DNA from: Octopus bimaculoides
Taxonomy: Eukaryota
Direction of reading: 5' to 3'
Assembly (NCBI RefSeq): GCF_001194135.2
Contig: NC_068985.1
Coordinates: 29,578,464 to 29,642,463 of the forward strand
Length of the DNA stretch: 64,000 nucleotides
Shown: one piece after another, positions 13,831 through 25,444 of the stretch
Numbering within the stretch: the first letter of the stretch is position 1
Layout of the letters: every line of letters begins with the position of its first letter
Position numbers and translations under genes: made by a program
The notes under the pieces: generated by a model
Databases searched by the model: none
What the model saw: the letters and a program-made list of their open reading frames with translations, nothing else
Told to the model about the DNA's origin: nothing

Positions 13831-14479
13831 ATTTGGTTCTTCAAAACAAACAGAAGAATAAATTCAAAAAGGAACAACACACATTTATTAAAAGACTGAT
13901 TCAAGAGTGTCAAAGTGATAAATTTTTCAGGCAAGAATTTACCCTTCTTCACTAAGTGCTTTTTTCATCATTACTTTGGTAAGTATGGCAGAGTTCATTC
14001 TTTGCTGAAGAGAGCTAATCCGATTTAAATGTTTGGAGTTATCTCCCTTATGTACTGAAATAACACTTGCCATTGAATTAACGTTGACTTTTCATCAGTA
14101 GATTATTTATAATTATCTTTCTGCAACTTGTGACATTAAATACATTAACATTAATTCAAATAAGATAAGCCAATATGAAGCTGTGTGGTCTTAGTTAGGG
14201 TGTTGGATTCATGATTATAAGGTTGTGGTTTCAATTTCAAGACTGGCTAGCATTCTTGAACAAAACACTTCATTCTGCACTGTTTCACTCCTCTCAGCTC
14301 CTTTCTCTCTAACTCTCTCCCACCTTCCTCTCCATCCCTGTGCTACTGGTGTAGTCAAGTACCTCCTCTATAATAAGACAACTATCCCTGTCCCTCTGTT
14401 TTATCTGAGCCGCTTCCCTGGCATATAGCCACTTTCCACAGTTCAACTCCCTCTCGCAGCTGAGAGGTTTTTGTCTTGT

Positions 14480-14860
14480 AAGGTACATGGTGACCCCACT
14501 GGTGCTGGTGTCACAAAAAAAGCACCTGTGGTGGTTGCATGTAAATAGCATCTGTGCTGGTGCCACATAAAAAGCACCAAGTACACTCCATAAAATGGTT
14601 GGCATTAGAGAGGGCATCCAGCTGGAGAAACCATGCCACAACAGATAAATGGGGCCTGGTGCAGCTCTCCAGCTTACCAGCTCCTGTCAAACTGGGAGCC
14701 GTCCAGACTCCAATTGTCTGTTGTGGTACGGTTTCTACAGTTGAATGCCCTTCCTAATGCCAACCACTTAACAAAATGTTCTGGGTGCATTTTACATGCC
14801 ACCAGCGCAGGTGCATTTTCAAAGCACCAGCAAGGGTGCTTTTCATGTTGCACCGGCAAC
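14480..14860. repeat. Two fragments of the (ATG)n-tail retroposon in inverted orientation
   Basis: ggttggcattagagagggcatccagctggagaaacc (~14597) is mirrored by ggtttctacagttgaatgcccttcctaatgccaacc (~14730). Confidence 0.7.
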
Positions 14861-14978
14861 TGAAAGAACAAGCCTTATCACCCCCACCTTGAGTGATAGC
14901 GTATTGTCCAAAAATCAAGATCTTATTTTAAAGTTGCCATGGAGTTTTTTAAAATAAATAAATAAAATGGATATTTGT

Positions 14979-15025
<47 letters not shown>

Positions 15026-15036
15026 ACCGGATAAAT

Positions 15037-15752
15037 GGCATACCTACACAAGTGTACCCCAGCGACATTGTTTTCTTACAAAATCCAGGAGAATGGATAT
15101 TTTTCTAATGAATAATTTTTACAAATATGCTTCAGATGGAGAAGATTCTGATCGTTTCAGAATTTGTTATAAAAATATTTTTCCGAGGGTTTGAAGGGAA
15201 GTTTCTGAAAATTCACAAAAGTCAGTTTTGTTTCCTCATAACATTCAGAAAATTGGGTATTTTTAAATGAAACGTTCTACAAATAACTTTCAGATGATGT
15301 AGATTATGATTATATCGGAATTTAAGACGACAAAGGACAAATAATGAAAAAAAAAAAAAAGAATTAAAAAGTGGGCGTTCACACATACATTAAGAGACAC
15401 ATCACAAATTTTTTTCGATATTTCACTTTTCATTTTGTGATGTGTGCCAATAAGCAATTTTTTTTTCCATATAAAATTGGAATATAATCGTAATATACAC
15501 CATCTGAAAGGTATTTATATAAAATTTTAAAATCCAGTTTTTGGAAAGTTGTGAGGAGACAAAGACAACGCAAGTGAATTTTTCGAAACTCCTCTCCCCG
15601 TCCTTGGAAAAACCTTTTCATAAAAACATTAAGATATAATCGGAATCTATAGCACCTGAAGCATATTTATAGAAGTTTTCAGTAGAAAACATCTATTTTA
15701 CTGGCAGTTATGAGGAAACAAAATCGATGGGGCACACTTGTGTAAGTATGCT
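15037..15752. mobile_element. Non-autonomous DNA transposon (MITE), 8-9-bp TSD (Mutator- or hAT-like)
   Basis: TIRs gcatac(c/t)tacacaagtgt(a/g)cccc at 15038-15060 and 15729-15751, flanked by ggataaat at 15029-15036 and 15754-15761. Confidence 0.75.
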
Positions 15753-17118
15753 GGGATAAATAACGCGTATGAATTACGGTAAGTTGAATAACGAAAACAA
15801 CGTAACAGTTTACGGTGTGCGACCTACAAAAAATAACAGCCAAATCTCTCTCAAATTACAGTTCTAGATGCACTAAGTCTGAATAAAATACTGAATGATA
15901 ACAGATAGGTTGTCTTCGATCATAGATCAGAGTTATACGACTTATCGAGTATTTTTACTCTGTTCAATAGAGCATATAAATATTAACTTTTCTAAAAAAT
16001 ACTTGAAGATAATGGATGCGGCTATTACTGCCTTACAGCTGATGGCAATCTAGTCTTTTATCTAGACTCGGTGCATCGAGGACTGTGATTTGAGAGATCT
16101 ACCTGCTCTTTCTAATAGATCGAGCGACGGCATAAAAGCTATTTTCTTAATTGTCACGTTGTATTTGCTATTCAACTTAAACTATTCACATGGTTAATAA
16201 AAATATTTTAAAAGTTGACAAAGAAGTTCGTTTCTTAACCTCCCTATTCCAGGTTCGATACCACTGAGCAACACTAGTACCTTAGCTTCAATATAGTACT
16301 TAATTGTTGATCAGCCTAATAGGGAATACTTATGATCAATAACGTTCCATCCACACTCATCTTATCTTCCAAAGTACATAACCCACTGTCTCTCTCTTTT
16401 AATTGTAGAAAAACTTCCCTGCTCGAAAATCGTATTAAAGGCTCATATTTAAATAAAAATTTCCGATGCAAACCTTGTAACAAGAATATTTTCTTTTTTA
16501 CTCTAAGCACAAGGCCCGAAATTTTGTGGGAGGGAGATAGACCTACAGGTACTTAATTCTACCGATTCCGAAAGGATGAAAGGCAAAGTCAACCTCAGCG
16601 GAATTTGAACTCAGACCATAAAGACAGATGAAATACCGCTAAGTATTTTGCCTACCGAAGGGGAACGAGCGTAGATGGAGGAAAGAAAACAAAGAAGAGA
16701 TAAAGACGAGTAATTAAACGTTATCATTCTCTCTCATTTCGCTTTTTAGGGGTAAATCTGTAAACTTTGCGCTTGTGAAGCAATCAATTTAGTGCATAGG
16801 TAAAATATTTAAGGCGATAAAAGTTAAATGGATAAGTGTATTCGATCCGATTTTAAAATAAAATACAATAATACAGACAAAGATCCGTGCTTACCGTTAG
16901 ATTAACCGATTCAGTAATTATTATAGACAACAAAGTAGTATATATGTATCGAATGAGATCATAAACATTTGCACAAGGTTGCACCCATGTAGGAGGAAGA
17001 ACTCAAACACTGGTTTTAATTATGCCAAGGGACGTAACTGAACTGTATTGTTTGTAAAACAGATTTTAGCAGAAAACATTGTAAAAGCCCTCTTTTAAAA
17101 CCACTACACCATATGCCC

Positions 17119-17359
17119 ATGGCGAAGTGGTTAAGAGCGCGGGTTACTAATCCCAAGTTCGATTCCAGGCAGTGACCTGAATAATAATAATAATAATAAC
17201 AACAACAACAACAACAACATTGAAAAATACCTTAGGAATGAGAACCCAGGTTTGAAATTTCCCCAAGACACCTGATGAAGGTTGGAGGGTATATCAGCGG
17301 AAACGTTGTGTTAACAACAAACAACATGAGGACAAATATCCGTCAATTGTAAATAATGT
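17119..17359 (+). mobile_element. tRNA-headed SINE with microsatellite linker and hammerhead-containing 3' part
   Basis: Pol III box A (tggcgaagtgg) and box B (gttcgattcc), then (AAT)n(AAC)n, then a unique tail with CTGATGA...GAAAC. Confidence 0.75.
17267..17312 (+). ncRNA. Minimal type I hammerhead ribozyme motif (Penelope-type)
   Basis: Stem I gacac/gtgtt; core CUGAUGA 17272-17278; stem II gttg/cagc; GAAA 17300-17303; palindromic stem III AC|GU; cleavage triplet GUU. Confidence 0.65.
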
Positions 17360-17699
17360 GTTTTAAAATTCTTTAGCGAACAAGCACCGAGTCACTTAGA
17401 GGAATTCATGTGGCGTTAATCACACGAAAATGATGCTTGAAACAATTTATTTAACCCTATATCTTAACTGCTATCGTTTAAATTGAATATATAAAAAATA
17501 CACCTTTTCAAATTCAACGTTTCAATTTCATATATAACATAAACATGTACTTCTTTTAGAACATTGTCATTTTATAAGATTTTGCTGGCAAATTTTTGAA
17601 TTAACAAACATTTATTTACATGAAAGAAAATTACCAGAGAACTTTCATCTAATTCTTCCAAATCTTTCTGTTAAAACTATTGAAACAATTTGTGGGGGA

Positions 17700-18224
17700 T
17701 TTTTTTTTTTTTTTTTTTCCATCATAGCAACTGGTCGCACATCGCAAAGTTTAACGCTAGCAGCATGACCACGGGTGATGGCGAGGCTAAGGCATTGGGA
17801 AAGTCAAGCGTTCTGACTGGCATCACGTGACACCTCAGTGAAGCGAGCTGCCAATGTTGACAAGAACTTCGCGGTTAGTGGCCCAGTTCCTCCGAGCATC
17901 TCAAACGTCACAGGCTGGAAGAGGTAGTTCACTGTCAGGTCGCGATACTACAGGGTTTTCTTCCGTTCGGCTACGGAAGCAGTGACCCTCCCATTAACTG
18001 CAGCATCCATGACATGGGAGAGAGTGTGGCTTGAACCTTAGTAATGCCGACGCAACTCCTGTGGTAACTTAGACGACACTAGAGGCATTTGATGGTCTGC
18101 AAATAGTGACTTGTGCGGGTGCAGAGAACACAGCTTGGAGGTGAACTGGCAGTATTAGTGGGGTCAGCTTTAGAATTCAGAAGGGGAGGGGGTAGCGGTG
18201 GGGAATGAATAGCGTTGGAGGTAG
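17700..18224 (-). mobile_element. Internally deleted copy of the CRE-like retrotransposon (PHD part fused to 3' end, polyA tail)
   Basis: 18027-18224 matches 27778-27980, 17720-18026 matches ~30650-30990, and poly(T) lies at 17700-17717. Confidence 0.85.
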
Positions 18225-18309
18225 TTTCATCCTTTCGGAATCGACAAAATAAGTACCAATCTAAAAGCGGAACTGTAAGAACATAGCACCGGATGCCTTG
18301 CGGTATTTG

Positions 18310-18929
18310 GGATCTTTTTTAAAACGGGGGCCACATTTTTCATTAATGTTTTACGTAGTGTTTTTGGTACCGAAAGACTTTCAAACTTCGTATACTTATC
18401 TATTTTGTGTTATAGAACAGAAAAATATTTTTGTATTCGAATTTATTTCATGTAAAAAATTGTCTTATTTCGATAATTTCAACCAATCACTGACAAGTAT
18501 TCAGTTGTTTATATTTACTCCTTTGGCTGATTAAGCGGTGTAAAGCGTATTTAATTTCCATAGCTTCGTTTTGCTTTTTTCTTTTTAAATTTGNNNNNNN
18601 NNNNNNNNNNNNNNNNNNNNNNNNNNNNNNNNNNNNNNNNNNNNNNNNNNNNNNNNNNNNNNNNNNNNNNNNNNNNNNNNNNNNNNNNNNNNNNNNNNNN
18701 NNNNNNNNNNNNNNNNNNNNNNNNNNNNNNNNNNNNNNNNNNNNNNNNNNNNNNNNNNNNNNNNNNNNNNNNNNNNNNNNNNNNNNNNNNNNNNNNNNNN
18801 NNNNNNNNNNNNNNNNNNNNNNNNNNAGACTAAGAGAAAAAGATGTTTTATATGACACATTCTACCAGTGTTCCAAGTTTCAAAGTGTTTCGTTAATGAA
18901 AAATGTGGCCCCCGTTTTAAAAAAGATCC
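18310..18929. mobile_element. MITE with 37-bp TIRs starting GGATC and 8-bp TSD (Merlin-like), copy-A-specific
   Basis: TIR ggatcttttttaaaacgggggccacatttttcattaa at both ends. TSD ggtatttg at 18302-18309 and 18930-18937; the empty site is seen once in the right arm (~27693-27700). Confidence 0.85.
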
Positions 18930-21781
18930 GGTATTTGTTCCGACTTTTCGCGTTTTGAGTTCTTGGGTGGTAGACTTAACTTGCCACCCGGTATTTTTAA
19001 CGGAGTTCGTTATGTGTGTTAAAGCATTCAGGCCAGGTTTTAGTTTGAGGATACCTTCTTCCCGCTAATTCAATGTCAGAAGTTATGGGCACCGCATCTT
19101 CTTTGATCTCACCCACACCAAAAATGGCCCTTTGTATCAGGAACGAAATATATATTAGTTTTATCGAAATGTTACTATATGTATTCAGGGAAAACAAAAC
19201 AAAATAAAACTAGTTACGCAAATTAGAAATAAAATACACTTTATGTTTTTACCTTTGTATATATCTGATGGACTTTCCCGACGATTTCAACGTATCTACA
19301 CCCAAGTTGTTTGATCAACTGAATGGTCTACTAACAGAACTAATCTCTACTCTTAACATACTTATCAAGTATAATCAACATGACACAGTGTGATAAGGCT
19401 GAATTATCACAGTAAAGCTTTCAGTTATTTATAAATGCAGTACATATTTTTAACTCCATTCCTGCCAACCCAAATTCATTCACAAGCGGTTATATGATCC
19501 GCGATAATAACGAAAGCATTTACCCATGTTGTTATACATGCGGATTGATTCCGGGATCTGAAGGTTACGAAGCACACTTAACCACACCTCGTTTTGTGTC
19601 CTATATATAGATATATACAATATTATTCCATATATGTTTTTCAGTCCAATTGCTAAACCGAAGAAGTGCCCTGTCAACTTCTTATCAATAAAACCGTATT
19701 TGCATATATGACACATTAAATCTTTTTTTTTTAACGTACTAAAAAATAGTCCTGTGCCTGATACTGCCCTATTTCGGATGAGAGACAGTGATGCTCACTA
19801 GGGAGCCGGATGTGCGTAAGACCACTAGGAACAATAATTGCTGCTAATAATAAAGTATTGAAGACAAACCAAATTATAATAGGCTGTTAGCACAAACAAA
19901 ACATTTGCTTATAGGAGGTCAGCAGTTATGTAAGGAGATAACATTATCTGTTTGCGCATATTATTGCTTAGTCACCAAGGCGGCGAGCTAGCAGAAACGT
20001 TAGCACGCCGGGCGAAATGCTTAGCGGTATTTCGCCACTTTCTGAATTCAAATTCCGCCGAGGTCGTCTTTACCTTTAATCTTTAAACGACCGCGCGAAA
20101 GGAGAGGTGACGAGAATGGCTCCTTTAGTATATCGCACGGTCGATACAAATAAAATATGAAAAAGGATTAAGGAGTATAAATGCCGGAAGGAAAAGAGAG
20201 ACACAACCGGAGTAGAATATTTAAGAGAAGATTTTATTTATAGGTTTACATGTGTCTGTGAGTGCGTCATGTATACATAATGTGTATGTGTGTACAAACG
20301 TAGATGTATGCGTGTGCGTTAAGTACGGAGCATTGAAAGAGTCTATAATATGACGTTATAAGGATTTCAGACACAAGGATGATAAATACCAGTTCGTAGT
20401 CAAGGTATACAGTAGTTGAAGTGCTGTATCAAGAAGTTGAGGCTGCAAGGCAGAGCTGGGGAGAGGCACATGTCATAGATGCAGAGCCGGTCTCTTGTTA
20501 CAGAAGGTTGTCGCAGGTTGTATTTGCTGTTAACCATGGTGAAGTATTTCACAAACAGTGTGGAGATAGAACTTGTGCGAGCGTTGCTGGTTGGTGTATA
20601 CATAGAGAGACAATATTGACGTCGGCGTTAAGAAGATGGAGATTACCGTATGCTGCTGCCGATTGTTGATGAGTTTCCATGTGGCTGCTGTTGTGCCGTC
20701 GCCGGAACTAGCTGTGTGGTCAGTGGCTAGACCTCAAAAAGGTTTGGAACCAAAAGACCTCGACGTGTCACTGAAGTTTTATAGCGTGCCGTCGGCTCAC
20801 CGGAAATTTAGAAAAGACTGTCTCACGTGACTTTATCTGAAGGCTGCGATTGGTTGGGTTGCATCTTGGCGCGCAATAGAGCAAGAGACAAATTGCGCCA
20901 GTACCAACCAATCAGAGTGGTGGACACAATAAGGCACAAAAGGGCGGCCGAAGGCGAGCTGCTATCTACTACGTCCGTATTTATGTATATATAACAGAGA
21001 GAGAGAGAGAGAGGAATTTCCCTTCAAACGTACACTACATATCCTTTCAGGGTCCATAAATTGAGTACCAAATGTTATCGACTAGTCCCCTCCTCACAAA
21101 TTTCAGGCCTTGTACTTATAGTAGAAAGGATTATTGCTTAAGCACCGTTGCTTTGAGATCGCAATGTTGAATGTGGTTGAAGACCATAGTCGTGGGGCCC
21201 AGCTGGTTGCGTGTATAATAAATGAAGCAACTCACGAACTTTTAACTTTTAACTTATTTATTGCTGGACATGATTTATTGCGTTGGCTATTTACAAAAGA
21301 AACATGCTGGTTTTATAACCGACGACTGAGAAGAGAGAACTGTGCTGTGTCTTGTAGAACGCTAGCTGTAATACGTCGCGTGTGAGTGTTCAAAATCGTT
21401 TCTTCCGGAGGTGACTCGCTCTTAGTGGTCAGCTTTCTATGAGTGCTCAAGGCCCGGCAGAGGTAAGTGCCAAATGGTTTTTATAGAGTGAGAAGGTGGT
21501 GAATTTTAGGTCATCCGAGGAACTATGTCACCCACAGCTCCACGCTGATTGTCGATTTCTGTGAAACTGTGGTAGCTTTGTCGTGATCTTCAACTGAATG
21601 TCTTGCGGTTGAAATTCGAATCCTAACAATCTCATTATACCTCCTTTTTCAACATACACAACCCACAGAAACTTACAANNNNNNNNNNNNNNNNNNNNNN
21701 NNNNNNNNNNNNNNNNNNNNNNNNNNNNNNNNNNNNNNNNNNNNNNNNNNNNNNNAAAAAAAAAACCCAGCCTAGATTAGT

Positions 21782-22143
21782 CAAGACAACGCCTGACAGC
21801 ACGTCGCAAAAATGACATTGGCGAAAGTACAGGAGTTGGAGTTGGAGGCTCTCCATCATCCACCATACTAACCTGACTACCACTTCTTCCAGAATTTGGA
21901 TAACTTTTTAAAAGGAAAAAAATTTTAATTCCGACGATGCTGTAAAACAGGCTTTCCAAGATTTTATTGACTCTAGATTGCCAGGCTTTTACAGTTCCGG
22001 GCTGGACAAGCTACCGCTGAAATGGCAAAAGTGCATTGACAACATGGGTGCATACTTTGATGAATAAAACTATTCCTTGTATTTATAAAACATTATTAGC
22101 ATACTTAATTTCTTTTCTACAAATTTCATACTTGACGACCTAA
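21782..22143 (+). mobile_element. Mariner transposase 3' remnant with right TIR
   Basis: QDNA*QHVAKMTLAKVQELELEALHHPPY*PDYHFFQNLDNFLKGKKF...KLPLKWQKCIDNMGAYFDE*, ending ...gacgacctaa|TA. Confidence 0.9.
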
Positions 22144-23084
22144 TAGCTATGAATAAAAGATGCGTAGATTATGAATTTTGATTGAGGGATGGGGTCTCGA
22201 AACAAAAAATCGCAGGTGTCCTCTAAAAGTCACGCAACGAAACTGATGCTAAGTATGAGAACTTTTGCTCGAAGTGTAAAATTTATGCGTGTATTAGTTA
22301 CATGCATGCTGATATGCTAATCCTCACATTATGTGAGCACGAAACGGTCAATAAACTTTAATCTTTATTAACCATCTTATCAGCTTTTTATGCGGCCGGT
22401 TTGTACCTTATCTCAGATTTGAATAAAGTTAGGTGATCTAGAGTAACTGTTAGATCTATTTTCTTTGCTTCTTTCTCCTTCTTTATTAGTTCATACAAAT
22501 AAAGTATTTTTCTCACAGTGATACAAAGCCAAATGAATCTCATTTGTTATGGTGAATTTTGAACTCACCGGAGTAAAAACAGCACCGGTTGATATTCCGT
22601 CGGTTACGACGACGAGGGTTCCAGTTGATCCGATCAACAGAACAGCCTGCTCGTGAAATTAACGTGCAAGTGGCTGAGCACTCCACAGACACGTATATCC
22701 CTAACGTAGTTCTCGGGGAGATTCAGTGTGACACAGAATGTGACATACAGGTACAACAGAAGCAGGAAGAAAGAGTGAGAGAAAGTCGTGGTGAAAGAGT
22801 ACAGTAGGGTTCGTCACCATCCCCTGCCGGAACCTTGTGGAACTTTAGGTGTTTTCTCTCAATAAACACTCAACGCCTGGTCTGGGAATCGAAACCGCGA
22901 GTCCGCTGCCCTAAGCACTGGGCCATTACGCCTCCACAGTAAAAACAGCAAGCAGGTAGAATCGTTGGAGCATCGGAAAAATTTCATGTGGTATTTGATC
23001 CCGCTCTTTACGTTCTGATTTCGTATTCCGACGTGGTCATCTTTGTCTATCATTTCTCTGAGGTCGATGAAATAAAGTACCAGT

Positions 23085-23680
23085 CAAATATTCGGGTCGG
23101 TGGTATCGACTAAACACCTCCACTAAAAATTGCTGTGTAATGGTTCAAACCCTAACCGCCATATACTCGGTTAGGCAGTTTCATGTGACTGGTCTATAAA
23201 TCGACCGATTAGCGTGAAGCTGTGTCGTAATATGACTTCATGGATGTTCTAGAATCTACCCTCTTTTCACTCAATAGAAATCTTATAGTACCTAATTCAC
23301 TTGGCAGTCGACCTCCGGCTTTCGTACAGCTGGTTTTGGACTTTCGCGCAGACGGCTTCGGGTACTCTGAGAGATCGATTCTGAATCTGCACACAATGTC
23401 CCATAAATAGCTTCCTACGGATGCGGCACGGTTTTCTCAACTTTTGGTCTCAATTATATTATTAGCATCTTTGATTGTAAATAGCCAACACAAATATTTG
23501 GGTCGGTGGTATCGACTAAACACCTCCACTAAAAATTGCTGTGTAATGGTTCAAACCCTAACCGCCATATACTCGGTCAGGCAGTTTCACGTGACTGGTC
23601 TATAAATCGACCAATTAGCGTGAAGCTGTGTCGTAATATGACTTCATGGATGTTCTAGAATCTACCCTCTTTTCACTCAA
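23085..23680 (+). repeat. 190-bp direct repeats (23085-23274, 23491-23680), period 406 bp
   Basis: Near-identical caaatatt...cttttcactcaa blocks separated by 216 bp of unique sequence. Confidence 0.9.
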
Positions 23681-23708
23681 CAGGACCGCCACATTTAGTT
23701 GGCAAATA

Positions 23709-24553
23709 CAGGCATACCTCACCCTACATCGTTAATTGGTTCCAGGAGACACGACTTAAGTCGAAAAACGACTGAAGCCGAATCAACTTGTCTCTAGGCA
23801 GGGCTAGGCCGAATTTACTTGTCTCAAGGCTAAACCGATAATAACCATTCCCAGTTATGTACTTAATTTATGAATGCATTTTCAATAATACATAGTTAAC
23901 AAAAACCATGTGTGCTAAAATATTGTCCTTATCATGTACAATCGTTGATACAATTGTCCCACTCATCTCAAAAGATCGTGCAATTGCTACCGTTTTTTTC
24001 ACCCTTTTCATGGCGTTTTATCATAGCCAGTTTATGTTTCAGCATTATAGCATGATGCTTAGCACTTTCACTATGGATTTTCTTAGGAGCCATGGGGTAA
24101 AAAATAAAGTCACAAACGAATGAGAATGAGAAAGTAGCCGATAAACAGACGTAAACAAATCTGAATTCAAAACAATCGCTGGTATCACGAGTGACAACGA
24201 CGGCTAACGCTAGATGTTGGAACTAAAGTGCAATATGAACTCCGAAAGACAGATAAATAAGACAACACAGCTGATTTGATGATTTCGTTCACTAAGCTAC
24301 ATTAGTTTATGGTGTGCATCTTAACATTTACTATACGTATTTTAATATGATTTTATATGCTTTTATTCTTATTTATTTCACAGTAACATGATTTTATGTG
24401 CATTTAATGGTTTCCTAGTGATTTTACGATTCCAATATTTGTGGCGGACAGACGTAAAGTCGAATAAAATAATTTAACTTGATCTTTATTTTTCCATATA
24501 TTATTTTTGAAAACCGACGTATAATCGAAACGACTTAAGCCGAGGTATGCCTG
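23709..24553. mobile_element. Tigger/pogo-like non-autonomous DNA transposon
   Basis: TIRs CAGGCATACCTC...GAGGTATGCCTG with TA TSD; the pre-insertion target is preserved at 24883-24915. Confidence 0.9.
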
Positions 24554-24711
24554 TATATTTTACGATTCCGTATTGTCATTGTTTATCTCTCGCTCGGAGA
24601 TTTAATATAACTTATGTCTCTCTCTTTACGAGATCAGTAGCAGAGTGTCGCTAGAAAAAGGATATAGTATTTTGCGAGTGGAATGAGTTCTTCATCACTA
24701 GCCAGTGATTA

Positions 24712-24758
24712 ACACACACTGAAGACGGGTAACCACTCAGAAACCCGGGTCTATGTGT
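24712..24758 (+). ncRNA. Minimal type I hammerhead ribozyme motif
   Basis: Stem I acacaca/tatgtgt (6 of 7 paired); core CUGAAGA 24719-24725; stem II gggt-aacc-actc; GAAA 24740-24743; palindromic stem III ACCCGGGU; cleavage triplet GUC. Confidence 0.7.
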
Positions 24759-25444
24759 ATCATGTAAGTCTAGAGATGGGAACGATGACCTCCCTCACAA
24801 TCAGACACAGACAGTGTGTCGTTGGCTAGCTGGAGGAGATGTCTTTCTGGGACTAAAACAACAGTAACACCATCCTCTACAAGACCGCCACATTTAGTTG
24901 GCAAATATATTTTACATTATAAATAATTATAGCAAAAAGAAAAAAAAAAGAAATTAATGACTAATGTTATTTTGATTCATTTCGACACACAAGAGAAATA
25001 ACTATACACGTTTTAGTATTAATAGACCTCGTTAATAAAGCATAGACATCAATCAAACGCTATTCCATACTATTTACTGAAGTAGTAATGGGGTAATGAT
25101 TAAGTAGACGTTCAATAACATAAATGAGAAAGCATAAACAATTACCAGAAGAAATAACTCAGAGACGCCGTCCAAATGAAATGTAATAGGTAAGTGTCAA
25201 CATGTTTAAATACTAATGGACAACGATAGAATTATACTAAGCTGGTGTGTCGTTAAAAGTCAGGTTGTTCAGTCACTTGCTGGACAATAATAGTTCCGAG
25301 ATCCACTTCTTTATATAAATACAAGGAAATAATTATCTTATCAAAATAAATTCTGTTTGTTACAATTTGCAATAATTCAGTGAAAAGGAATATATTTTAC
25401 AAAAGAAAAACAAAAAATAAAAAGAAAGAAAAAAGAAAAAACAT

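Larger units (their letters stand above)
2745..19205. repeat. Left arm of inverted segmental duplication
   Basis: Reverse-complement homology to 27395-45725, checked at many anchors: 2745-3020 vs 45500-45725, all TPMT exons, 16316-16556 vs 31979-32227, 18930-19205 vs 27395-27700. Confidence 0.9.

Noticed and set aside
22309-22355. ctgatatg...ctcacattatgtgagcac-GAAACGGTC-aataaa as a third hammerhead
   Set aside because: The core lacks G8 and no stem I partner is present; at best a dead remnant.
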